Positions 25,621 to 38,346 of a stretch of DNA of 64,000 nt are shown piece after piece (positions within the stretch are counted from its first letter, which is position 1; every line of letters begins with the position of its first letter). The stretch is from Azolla caroliniana. Its lineage: Eukaryota; Plantae; Polypodiophyta. The stretch is from contig JBHGNT010000008.1 of NCBI GenBank assembly GCA_043228905.1, positions 868,001-932,000 on the forward strand, given 5' to 3'. Made by a program: the position numbers and the translations under genes. The notes beneath the pieces are model-generated. The model was not told the origin of the DNA. It ran no database searches and saw nothing but the letters and a program-made list of their open reading frames with translations.

Positions 25621-28600
25621 CTAGGAGCTTTTAATCATTAGAGCGGCTAATGAACATTCATTGTCAAGATTAGCTTAAGCTTCGTTTTAGAAGCTTTTAA
25701 CTAATTAGCTTCAGCTAGTAAATATTAACGAGAGTACCAATTTCAAAATGTGTATGGCAGCACTTAACATCCCTGGTGACCAACAAATTAATGCAATATT
25801 CCTCTCCTTTCTGGAGACTGGAACATCATCTCTCTTCTTAATAATGTCCTTAAATGGAAGCTTAATGTTCTACGATTGTGTTTTATATATGTATGTCTAG
25901 GCATCGATTTCATTTAATCATTAGTCTCTTAATGTGCGGGATGATTATAATTGATTGAATTTCTGTTTTTATGTAAAGTACAAAACAGTGCACCTCCATA
26001 TTATGCATACATTCCATTTATGCCGTACGATCGAAAAATGAAGAATATTAAAAGAAAACAATTTTGTTCACATAAAATAAAGAAGAAGAATTACATCCAA
26101 GGATCGAATGAATATGCGAAATATTGAAAACATAGCTTTCCTTTTTTGTTCTACCGCATGATGCACCACAATGTTAATTAATTATGTCATGTCTTTCAGG
26201 TAGGAGGATTAGGTTTTGTACAAATCTTCCCATCAGTTTCGCCAATGGTTTGACCATCACTGGGAGATTGTTATATCGTATGAAAGGCCAAATATATAGT
26301 ATCTTCCAAATAGATGATTGTATATATGTAGGCTAAAGGTTTGATTAAAAGGTTATTTTGAAGCCTCCAAAATTTCTGTTCTGTGTTTTCTCTTGTTGCG
26401 TTCCTTGTTTTAATGAAATATAGAAATTAGCTCTGTTTGTTTTCTCTTGCTGTGTTCCTTCTTTTAATGAAATATAGGAAAAACAAATGCAGTCTATACG
26501 GTATTGTAATTGCAGTGTAACAAGCAATATTCCTTAAGTGACCAAGCAGTTTCAAAAGACAGAGAGTTCTAATTGCCACTTAATCACAGCTTCTGCTATG
26601 CTATGGTATCTTGTCAGAGAAATCTGTAACTTGGTAGACTGTTCAATCATCGCCACCACCACTTTGAACATCCCTGGAATCTGGATCTTCCTTCCTGCTC
26701 TCTTCTTCTGGCCTTTATTGTCTGTTTGCATCTCATAAAACTAGAGAGCCTCTGCATCTCTTCATGAAAACACATTAACCATTCAATCTTCATCACTGAA
26801 ATATCCTGATATCTCTTTCTTGCCTTTCTTTTTTTGACATCGAATCTAGAAACTTCTCTGAGAAGCCAAAGCTCTGAGAAGCCATGACACTGAGAAGCCC
26901 AATCCTATACATCATCTTCAAACTAACCTTCTTCATCAGATTCAAATATACCGAAAGTATTATCTTGTTTGTGACTTTTGGCCTTGACCACCAAAACTCA
27001 ATGCAGGCCAAGAAATGCTTTGTACCAAGACCAATTCAAGCTGACCTCTCTTCTTGGGAATAGACCTTTCTATGCTTCCTAAGACATTCTTAGGCCACTC
27101 ATAGGACAAATGTTTGGCCCTCCTCCCCACAATGTCATACTGTATACATATATGAGCCAGGCATTCATAAATTATTGTGCTATGAAACAAAATTATGAGA
27201 GAAGATTTTATATAAGCGATCGATCGTACAAGTTGGGAAAACTCCTTTTGTAATCAACTGCAGTCTAATCTTTCTTTTGGCTTTGATATTACACGTACAA
27301 ATCTTCGAAACCTATATCCATGTCTTTCGCAGTCACTCTAATGAAATATCATATAACTTTTATTGAGATTTTCTGCATTTCCTGAATTTTGCAACCATAC
27401 GCAACTACTAGAAAAAAAGGTTAATCTCTGAACTCACCAAATGCACTAGTGCAATCTTTACCACAGAGTGATTAGCTTAGAATTAACTGAGATGCACTAA
27501 TACTTCTGCATCACTGCATTGAGACTACGTTTAATTTAAGAAAACAAACCGCACTAATATATTGATCCACTGTTACCATGAATCATCTTGTATAATAACA
27601 TAAAAAGAAATCTCGTTAATTCATATTTGTTCGTGTTGCCTTCTTATATCCTGCATTGGAACACACACATAAAATGCTTTAATGCATAATAGATCAATTT
27701 TGGAACTTCTAGCTATTTTGTTTATAACATTAGTCCTCCTCGCTCATAGATGGATTAATATTCATCTTCCTATTATAAGTTTATAGCTGCTTTCCAATAA
27801 CTAGCAGGGTTTAATTTACGCAGTATTTCCAAAGCCTTTAAACAAATTATGAAAATATTTGTGTCGTATGTAGACTTGTACTGTTCTGTTTCTATGAATA
27901 TCTTTGAAAGTCTTATACAGGAAAAATTGATTAAAACAGGCTTGTAATGGTACAGATATCGATAAAGATTCAACCCTACCTAGTGTAAAATTTGATTTTT
28001 GTTTGCCGGTGATATTTCAATAAATTGTATTCTACAACAAATTCAGAGAATTGTCCGTGATATTTCAAACAATTGCCCGTGCTATATATTCCAGAAATGA
28101 AATATGGAAACGTTCTCTTGTTTGATTCATAAGCAATTTGTAGGAATATCTAGGGTGATAGATACTGCAGGTGCCACTGACGTGGATTGATTCTTCCTCC
28201 TATTATAAGTTTGTCAATGATCATCGAATCACCAAATGTAACTACGACAAGTGAATAATATTTGGCAGAAATTAATTTAACTAGTACTGCAGAAGCCTAG
28301 TATAATAATTATTCTAAACCCAGAGAAATAGAACAGCGTATGTAAAAAATATAGTATTGGAGGAGCTCTACTTGCGGTCGTAGTTAGTGTTCTAATAATA
28401 AGGCAAGGGAAGAGGAATTTATCCAGAAGGCAAGAATAATTAATTAAGCATGAGAAATATAAGGTTGTACATATATGTAGAACAGTTTTAATAAGGAATT
28501 ATTTTTGAAGTATGTAGTTGAAAGGGCTTTTAGTGCTTCAGATTTCAGGTCTGTTTCATTTTCTATTTAATTAAAACGAAGATCATATATATTAAATAAA

Positions 28601-29198
28601 AGCTGTCGAAATTAATACGTCGTTATTAATGTTTAGTTATATTTAATTAAATAATTCGCTTATTCATTCGATCCTTGGATGTAATTCTTCTTTTTTATTT
28701 TGTTCGTTAATGAGCTCACATATTTTCTCTTTGTTCACTTTATTTTATGTGAACAAAATTGTTTTCTTTTAATATTCTTCATTTTTCGATCGTACGGCGT
28801 AAAGGGAATGTATGCATAATATGGACTGCACTGTTTTGTATTTTACATAAAAACAGAAATTCAATCAATTATAATCATCCCGCACATTAAGAGACTAATG
28901 ATTAAATGAAATCGATGCCTAGACATACATATATAAAACACAATCGTAGAGCATTAAGCTTCCATTTAAGGACATTATTAAGAAGAGAGATGATGTTCCA
29001 GTCTCCAGAAAGGAGAGGAATATTGCATTAATTTGTTGGTCACCAGGGATGTTAAGTGCTGCCACACACATTTTGAAATTGGTACTCTCGTTAATATTTA
29101 CTAGCTGAAGCTAATTAGTTAAAAGCTTCTAAAACGAAGCTTAAGCTGATCTTGACGATGAATGTTCATTAGCCGCTCTAATGATTAAAAGCTCCTAG

Positions 29199-30426
29199 TT
29201 AGAAATTAATGGCAGCCCAAAACGGGTCTTGATCCAAGCTCGTCCACCAAGAACCGTCTTCATCTCCTCCTGCTCCTGATCCCTCTGCAATATAATTTGA
29301 GAGGGGTGGCAGCTCTTGTTCGTTAAGTATCATCAACAACTCCTCATAGATCTGTTGCTGTTCCGGAGGCATTCCTGCTACTGCTGCTGCTGTTGATGAT
29401 GATGACGATAATGATGTGGTAATGTTAACTGAATCACTGTTCTTATCCATGTGGACCTTTTGATTCAGATATGGTTCTGCCTTATCAGCATCATTATTAG
29501 GTTGCACCATCATAATCTGGTCGCAGAGGCCATTGACAGCAGCTGCATGTGAATTACCATGAACCCCTGGAATTGGTTGTGTAGGAGCAGGAGGATTAGA
29601 ATAATAAGTAGTGGTGGTGGTCATCGTAGTAGTAGTATTCGATCCGTAGTAGTGGTTGATATCATACGGATGATCCTCAATCTGCATCAGAATGTCGGAG
29701 GCACCACCATACTGCAGAGCAGAAGAATTAACTATATGAGAAAATCATGATGCACTGCATTAAAATTCTAAGAATTGAAGGAATGGTGGACATGAGGAGT
29801 ACTAGCCTCAGGAAACAGTTCGTGAAGGAAGAATTGGAAGGCTTCATCATCATCATCATTATATTTAGACGTGCCCTCCGCTGCCTCACGTCGATCCCTC
29901 CACTCTGTGCCTGCGTCCAACATTCGTCCATCATCAGTATTACTATTATTAGTTTAGTACTCGGGATATTAGGAAGATCGATCCCATCATGCATAATGTA
30001 AGTTAACTAACAGTTAATTACATACATATATATATTTGTCATTATCGTGCGTGCACAATTACCGTCATTTGTGGATGCGCTAGGGTTAGGGTTGCAGGTG
30101 GGGGGGACGATGATATCCCCATTCTTCGTCTTCGTCTTCTGTTTCTTTTCATTCTTTCTTCCTAAGATGAACTCCAAGTTACAGGGAGAGAGGCACTTGA
30201 AACGGGGCTGGTCATAGCTGGAGATCCGAGTGCCTGGGGTCCGGTACCTGTTATTGAAGTAGCGGAATTTGGTGTTCGTCTGGCCGCACCACGGACATGG
30301 TGGCTTGAGCGATCTGTAGTACACCTCCTCCGGCGCCATATCTACCATTGTTGTTCGCTTACGAGGAGGACGATTAGGAGGAGGAATCTGAGGATGCTCT
30401 GATTTCTTCGACTTAGGAATCACCAT
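29199..30426 (-). CDS. Atypical Dof-like zinc-finger protein, copy D (predicted exons 30426-30063, 29910-29807, 29711-29199; 326 aa)
   Basis: Mirror copy of 24403-25620 with an identical finger sequence, the same splice sites and only in-frame indels. Confidence 0.75.
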
Positions 30427-30534
30427 TCTTCACAATCGTCTGTTTTCTGCGGATTCCTCTTCTTCTTTTTCTTCTACTCTACCTGAATTCTTCTTTGCTG
30501 GCTGCTTCAGCTCCCAGTCAGCTCGATTCTTAAA

Positions 30535-30718
30535 CCCTAACCCTAACCCTAATAGCAAATGGCCAATGAGAAATTGAGCCTCTGCGGATTTCTCTTCTTC
30601 TTCTGCTGCTGCTGCTAAATGCTCTCTTTCTCGTTGGGTGGTACGATTTATGCTTAAACGCTGATTATAACCCTAACCCTAACCCTAACCCTAACCCTAA
30701 CCCTAACCCTAACCCTAA
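30535..30718 (-). repeat. (CCCTAA)3 at 30535-30552 and (CCCTAA)8 at 30671-30718 upstream of Dof-like copy D
   Basis: Read directly. Confidence 0.95.
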
Positions 30719-31130
30719 CAGGAGATGGCCAATGAGAAATTGAGCTGCTCTGGAATTTCCGGGAGTAATGGAAATTAAGGAATGAAGAAATAATAGCATA
30801 ATAATAATAATAATAATAAGAGAGAGAATGTTTTCAGGCGGACGGACAGAAAAGGTCCCCGGCCGGCGTTTGAGGCCACTTGCGTTTACAAATAATTAAA
30901 ATTAAAATATCGATTTTTATATATAATAAAATCCGTCCGATAAACGCGTTTACCTTTACGCCGTCCGATCGCTCCATCTTCACACCAGTGCACCACAAAC
31001 GGAAAAAACGATTAAGAAAATCGAGACATTGTAAATAAAATAAAAGAAAAAACAGAAAGAGGAAATATATACATATGTATACATATACTACATACATATG
31101 TATGTTATGTATACATACATATATGTATAT

Positions 31131-31178
<48 letters not shown>

Positions 31179-31719
31179 ATGTATGTATATATATGTATCA
31201 ATTCATTAGCGAATAAAAATAGAACAAAAACATGAGGCAAATGGGAGCTAAAACTCAAGAGGTACTAAAGAAACTACTTACATTGAGGAAGTATTTCTAT
31301 TGTGAATTAAGTTTGTGCATAAACACATCCACCACCACTTGTCAATGTTGTTGGATCCAACATTTGATACCAATATGTAATATGTTGAAGGTGTGGATCA
31401 TAATAGTCATTATGCGATGCTTAATTAACTAGCTATGTGTCATGGTGTGATATGTGATGCTTATTAATTCCTAATGACAAACTAATTGATTCGCATGCAT
31501 ATGTGTACGTGTAGCTTGTTAGACATGGACGATAAAAAGGACGAAGGCAAGGCTTGCCATAGATGATGAGCAATATGAGTAAGGTTTTGCAAGTAGAATA
31601 GGAGAAACAAGATGCTAAGGGATCCGAGATGCATACATGGATGCTACATATGCCCGTTTGGTCATTTTAGATATGTGGTATAGTACCTTTAAAATTAGTG
31701 GTGTATACTAGACACCAAA

Positions 31720-32000
31720 GGGATCCTTTCCTTTATTGACCAATGCTATCTAAGCACATGTAGATAGAACGGATGTAAACATTACATCATTGGGCTCCAA
31801 GCCTTAATGCTTTTCATGATTTTAAAACGCTATAGAGCAGTATCATGATTTCCATGTAATGTGTATCCACCAAACATAGCACGCCATGTTACAACATTTT
31901 GGTTTGGCAAGTGAACTATTGCATTTGGCATAGAAATAAATGAAGATATAACTCCAAAGGCAAGAATCTCGCTTGATTCCCATTTCAATTATAATATAAT
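31720..32000 (-). pseudogene. PPR fragment, inverted paralogue of ~14100-14400
   Basis: Its reverse complement shares ggaatcaagc..ttcttgcc, tatgccaaatgcaatag, ttggtggatacacattacatggaaatcatga..ctgctctatag and aaggaaaggatcc with 14100-14400. Confidence 0.85.
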
Positions 32001-32023
32001 TGTTTGGTCTAATATACAGGGTT

Positions 32024-32680
32024 TGTCAACTTTGCAATGCCTTGAACCTTCATTGAATTGATAAGATATGTGTGTGGGAAATAAGAGTCTTACCAAAGTA
32101 AAAACAACCGGTTTTTATCATAAGTTGATTTACAAGCATGAGTAGATTGTGAGAAAGGAAGAGGGTTGCAAGAGAATGGGAAGTATAAATAGCCCACAAT
32201 GCCATCACAACACATTGCTTGGCCTCGTTGGGTCAGCACTCCTCCCATTCAAAGCCAAAACATTTATCTGAAGGGTTATCATTGGGGTTTTAACCCGACA
32301 AGGCTTTTTAGAAACCTCGGAAAGGATCTTATCACCATAGGAGCTCCAAATATGCAAGTTGGTAAGGCATCATGTTCACCTTTTGCAGTTGCCTTGTTTT
32401 TACATTTCATTTTAAAATCTAACTATGTTTTGCAATCCAAAAGCCATATGACTTTTGAATCGTGTGTAGTTTTTATTTTTAGCAATTATATCTATTTACA
32501 AAAAGACATACTAGAGAGATTGTGTATACTTAGTTTTATTAGGCCGAGTAAGATTTTGGCTCTATTGCATTGTATCTAGTGTTAAGTTAGGGTTATGGAA
32601 TGGGACAACACGAGTTAGAACAAGCTTGTGGGGAAGTGGCCATAATGTCTGTCTCAATTAACATTGGTGCTGCAGTGTCA
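32024..32680 (+). mobile_element. Probable orphan LTR followed by a PBS-like sequence
   Basis: TGTCAA (32024)...TTAACA (32663), internal TATAAATA at ~32184, then TGGTGCTGC at 32665. Confidence 0.4.
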
Positions 32681-33102
32681 TTTTCTACAATTCGTGTACC
32701 GTACGTACCTTTGTAACATCGCAAATCCAAGAGCAATTTTATGAACCATATCTTTGTTATTCACTTTTACCTTCATACCATAGCTTTGTCATTTTCCAAC
32801 CAACACGGCTTTTACAATCAAATCCAAACATTTTATTAAACAAATCTTTTACAGTGCTGTTTATTTTGCACCTTTGAAAACCCTTCAACTGAATCCCTAT
32901 ATGGGTTATTAAAGCCAAGACAGAGTTTAAACCTTTCTCAATCATGTATACTACATGGGACACATCTCTATGACTAATAAGTTGTTAGGAAAAAATAGGA
33001 ATAATGATATAGTGAAAATCAATCCTCTATCTGAATGAAAGTACAAGTACATATCCTCTGGAATGAACGAATGAATGAATGGGCATCTTGTAAAAGGAGG
33101 GT

Positions 33103-35754
33103 TCAGTTTGTCCCAAATTCAGCTCTAAGCAACTGGCACACCCTCTCAGCAATTTCATGTTTTGCATCCAAAGAAACAGGAGGATCTCCGATGTAAATGT
33201 CAAAAAGGGCCTCTGTTAAGAAAAACAGAGTTCAATCTAGAGTTAATCAATCAATGTGTGCAATTATATCTAAAATCAGATTAATTCTAAAATCACCACC
33301 AAATTGGCCATAAACCAAAGGGATTTGCATGGAGTCTGAATAGGCTATGTAATGTATATGTCCAAGAGAGGCTCCTCTAGAAATATTTACACTATCTATA
33401 TCACAAATGGCGAAGTGGAAGAACATTTACAAGGTCTAATGATGATTAACACACAAAATTATGAGCATAATACAAACTCAAATGAAATTCACTGTTTCTA
33501 TTATTTGTATAATTTGTTGGCATCCCTAAACTGTATATCCATATGAAACTTGATACTTACTAACAAAATCATTGCCTGAGATAGTTCCAATCAGCCTTCC
33601 ATCAACTGTAAAGAGAAGACGATGAGTTGTAAATTGGCCTTAAGACCAAATAAGGTATAGTTCTGAATCTTAAAGCATAGAGCTACCTAACTTACTTTTA
33701 ATATGAAGAAGGCTTCCGGTGACCCTTTGGAAATCAATAACAGAACCCTGCAAGAGAAGTATTCAAGAATTTCATATATAACTATTCTTTTGAATAGTGA
33801 AGGTTGACATATAAAAAAGAATATCGTGCAAAATTTCACAATTTAGCAACAAATACCCTTGATAGTGGCGGTAAGTTCTCTGAAAAATAAGAGTTGAATG
33901 TATCCAATCCCTCATCAACTTCCACTCCCTTAATCTGCAAAGTTAGTATGCATTGCAAATATTGAAGAACAAAAACATGACACACAATCGATAAATACAA
34001 AAATCTGATGCATGAAGCAACAGTAAATTGATTTGCACACCTTCTTCAAACGGTTCCTTAATGTAGTATCAAAGGCACTGCATCAACAGAGATATTTTAG
34101 TAAAGTTTATTTTAGAAGATAGGAACTAGTCCCTAACGTGCTTTATAAGGTAAAAAGAGAAGCGTGCAGAAACATACCTTCTGACCGTGCACATTTTAAG
34201 GCTTCTATGGTGTATGATCAGGCGCACTGTCATTTCCAAATCATACCTATATTCAATATTGTTACTAGACAACTTAGTGCTATTGAACAACTTTTTCTGA
34301 GATTTCAATGATGAACTAATATGCCAAAGGCTAAGCTCATTGATTCATGCATATTAATGACTATTTACTACGAATGGTTTAGCTAAAATAAAGTATTAAG
34401 TGAATCACAAGCAGATCACACTCAGATTCTCATTTTTCGTAAGCTTTTCTCACATAGAGGTTTAGACATTAGAGCTAGAGGAGGGTCTCTTACTCAATAC
34501 AACAATCAATACATAGCAGGTCTCAATAACATAATAAGCAGAATTAACTTCCAAATAATCCCTTGCTTTACTACATGTCATGAACTCTAATTTCATTTAA
34601 AACTTGGTAACCATATCATTTGAATAAAACATACCTTAAAATATCTTCAAGAATGCTGGAAGCATCCACATCTCCGTGAGCTGCATATTTTTCACCAAGT
34701 TGAGCCCTAAGACTGCCAGGGCTTATATCTGTAAGTCCATCCATTTTCCAGAACAAATCAAGCCTGATACATAGAAATTGCTGACCATAACATCTTCCAC
34801 ATAGAGCATTCTCATTACCACATAAGGCTTTTAGTCTGGCCCTCACTTCCCATTATGAAATCCAATATCTTTCTTGCAAACTAACTTATTTGTACCAAGT
34901 ATTCTAAGAACTTACAAAAACCAAATGCATAGACTTTGATTGACTTGAATTTGAGAATAGTTATTTTATTGATGCCCATGCCTACCAATACCTGCAGAAA
35001 GACAATTAACATCAATCCCAAACAATACAAAGAGCAGTCCTAGGTCTACCAAATACTTGCAGCCCAAGTTCTAATAATAGATAAGCCTCAATTTAATGCA
35101 AAGCACTGGTTCTCATTGTCTGCATAAAGGTTGCATATCTTCTAATTTCACATTGAGAGAGAGACAAATGGAGAGGTCTGGGTATTTACATCTGTAGCTA
35201 ACAGGTGCTTTTCTTTGATCACGCACTATTTGCTTCTATTAGGAGGCCAACTATGAATTAAAGTTGCACAATGAAGAGCCTGTTAAATGGTAAATAACTA
35301 TGCAATATCTACATCTATTAAGTGGTAACCTCTTTTGTGCATTATTTCACGCAAGTAATTAGCAACATATGAAGAATATGCCTTGTGTATAAAACATTTG
35401 CACCTCAGAATTTCTGAAATGAAATACAAACCTGGCAACAGGCGGCAGAATCTTGATCTTCACATGAAAGGAAAGAAGGGAATTTGATTCCAGTCTCTCG
35501 TTCCAGAACCATGTTTTCCGTGGCATTCAACCCATACCGAAAACCCAGAATTTCAGGTTCATATTTCGTTGTATCTATCGTATCTTCTATGGAGAAAGCT
35601 CCACTCTTCTGGAATTCATCGTCTTCATGGCACCTGATGATTCATCACATTAACTTGGCTGGGCTATCTTATAAAGGAAGTCTCACATTTTAAAAAAAAT
35701 AGTGTTTAGACTGATGTCTGAATTATGAGCTCACAATCGTTCAACTGGTGCCAT
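33103..35754 (-). CDS. Chalcone-isomerase-fold fatty-acid-binding protein (FAP2-like), ~10 coding exons; start codon uncertain
   Basis: Spliced translation: ..VLERETGIKFPSFL..|VLVGMGINKITILKFKSIKVYAFGF|YISPGSLRAQLGEKY..EDILR|YDLEMTVRLII..|AFDTTLRNRLKK|..FNSYFSEN..|GSVIDFQRV..|IDGRLIGTISGNDFV|KALFDIYIGDPPVSLDAKHEIA..*; GT-AG introns with consistent phases. Confidence 0.88.
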
Positions 35755-38346
35755 GTTGTTGCGTTTGTGGGCGAAGAGTGTCTCTATTCTCTTTCAGTAT
35801 GCCAGCAGCCGTTCTGTTCTGTTACGGACAATCAAAAGGAAATGGAGTAAAGATGGTCAAAGAAAACCAAGAAAAGCACGCCATAGTGTTATATATGTGT
35901 AATTTGGGAGCAATAGAGGAATACTGAAAAAAATGAACTAGAAATATGTGTACCTCTTTTGAGTGGGAATCTACACTACACAATACGTCCATCTCTGAGG
36001 TACATAGATATGTTTAAGCGCTTCATGCATAGTTCGGAGTACATGCCGTTTACACATTCTCAGCATCAAAGAATTAGCTGATGTTCATATATCCAAATTT
36101 TGTTTCCTGCAAGAGAATTATAAGAGCATAATTTAACATCTATATTTTCCTCACACCAACATGTACACATGTGATTTTTTACATATCATATATGAACATG
36201 TGTGATATAGATCATAGAAAAAAAATGCAAGCAGAAGCAGGAAATTGAACGCCATTGAAAGAATCGAAAGAGAAAAGGGAAGTGAATGTAAGTGAAGAAG
36301 AGAATTCAAGCAGAAATAGCTAGGGAAGAAACTTCATTAAAACGGGGGGGAGAGATGCATGGAGTAGGTAAAAGAAAGATAAAGCAAGCGGAATCAGAGA
36401 AGAAACTCCATTTCCACTGAGATCAGAATGCAAAGGAACCACGAAGAGAACAATCTCCAGTAACGAAAGGAAATTTAAAAAAGAACCCTAAGGTAAATCA
36501 GATGTTAAAATTAGGGCTTAGGATAGTGTAATGTCGCAAAAATGGAGAATTTTGCAAGTGGAAATTAATCTCTAGTGAAGGAGCTCAATTAGTGTTGGTG
36601 AAGGGTTAGTAAGAGAAATTTGAAAGCGGAAATCGCAGCTTGTAGGGAAGAAACTCCATTAAAACCTCGGAATCTAAGAATCATGAGGGGAAGATCAAGA
36701 AGTGGAGGCAGCAGCTCCGCCAAATCTAGGGAAAAGAATGGAAAGCGGTGTGCAGAGAAGGCAAACCTGATGGATTAGTCGGAGAGATAGCACATTAATC
36801 CATTCATCCATGGCATTAACTGGAGGATGGACAGTCGAAGAAAGAGAGGGGAATATTCAGGATGTCATCGAATATTCTTCATCATTCGAATCTTTCAAAT
36901 TTTGTCCTTCCCTTTGTTTTCTTAAAAGAAGACTAAGAGCAATGAAACCACTCTGTTTCTTTCTAAATTCTGAATGTGAAGGAAAGGAAAGGAAAGGAAT
37001 GCGAAGCAGAAGTCGTGTGTTTGTGTGTGTGTGTGTGTGTGTTCACACTTGAGAGTGTCCGGACAATCCAAAGAGTCAGAAGGAGTCATGATATTCGGCT
37101 ACAAAAACCGCACACGCAACTCGGGTCATGTCTCCTCTTCGATTCCTCCTCCAGTTCATTGGTCCCGTGTGGCAATAATGTTACCCCTCATCATGACGTG
37201 TGGGGTCATGTACATAAATGTAGGCAGGCTCGAACTTGTCGAGGTTGAGCGTGATTCAATGCAAAATGCCTAGGTTGAAATGATCCACGTTAGCATAGCA
37301 ATGGATGTATGTAGGTAGGTCATGTATGGCAAACATTTCTTTGACCAAAGGATGGCTTTGTTTGTTTTCGTGTTAAACCCCCCCCTTCCCCCCCATACTT
37401 CTCTCAATAGATTGCAATCGGCCTTCCATAGACATCAAAATTATATCTACCTATCTCCATCACTTGTACATTTGTTTATACATCTTTGTGTGATATGTTG
37501 GCTAGATAGCATCAATCTTGGTTTGGAAGTTCTCTTGTATAAGCTTAGTTAGCTTGGTTCGGACCAAGTGCTTGTGGAAACAAAATTGTGTTTGATATGG
37601 CATTGGGCGAAGGTATAATATGTTATGGACATATAAAATGTCAACACATTCGGAAAGCTCAAAAACAATATAGCCGTCAAGCATAGACATAATCGATAGA
37701 GCAAAGGTGTGACCTTTCTCAATTTCACTCCAAAGTATCCATATAACAATTTATTGTTCTCGTCAAACTTAACACCACAAATAATCATACCGCGCACGCA
37801 TACAACTTTGAATCGATATGTTTCATGCCTTGTTAGCTTTAAATAAATTGTGCCATTATATGTTTCTACCTTACATCAATATGTTTGCATTCTTTTAACA
37901 TTAGATCTTAAATATTAACAATACGTCTCTAATGAGTCCTCTCACTTTCAAAGCAATTGCTTTTGAGAGAGCGTTGTCTAGTGCATTCAGGAAATTCTAA
38001 TCAGAAACATGAAACAGGTGCTCACTATACAAGTACATTACGTCTAAATTTTATAAGAGGTTTTCAATGCCAACACTCTTGATATTATACTCCAAAATCA
38101 TTATACATTATTTAAGTAAATGTTCCACAAAGATGGCATAAAACATTAGGTGATTCTCCACCTATGCCAAATGATTGATGACAGTCTTCACATTTACATC
38201 TAAATCAGATGGAAAATGTACATATATGACAGAAGCTCCTTTTGAAGGGGTTTGTTCCATGCCAACATACTTGACCATACCATACCTTCTACACTTCCGT
38301 AAAAAATCCATCTCTATATGACCCTTTTAACATCAAAAAGGATGCG

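Larger units (their letters stand above)
23335..31584. repeat. Large inverted duplication: arms ~23335-26114 and ~28661-31584, ~2.5-kb unique spacer
   Basis: The arms are reverse complements across promoter, gene and 3' flank, and the ORF track shows mirror-image ORFs (24397-24807 vs 30007-30426; 25138-25620 vs 29199-29687). Confidence 0.97.

Noticed and set aside
24128-30718. True telomere or chromosome-fusion scar
   Set aside because: The tracts are only 3-8 units long and lie inside duplicated promoter modules; their opposite orientation is explained by the inverted duplication
33561-33605. GC donor in the FAP2-like exon (TCAG|GCAATG)
   Set aside because: A canonical GTAAGT donor 15 nt further on keeps the frame and fits the family alignment better
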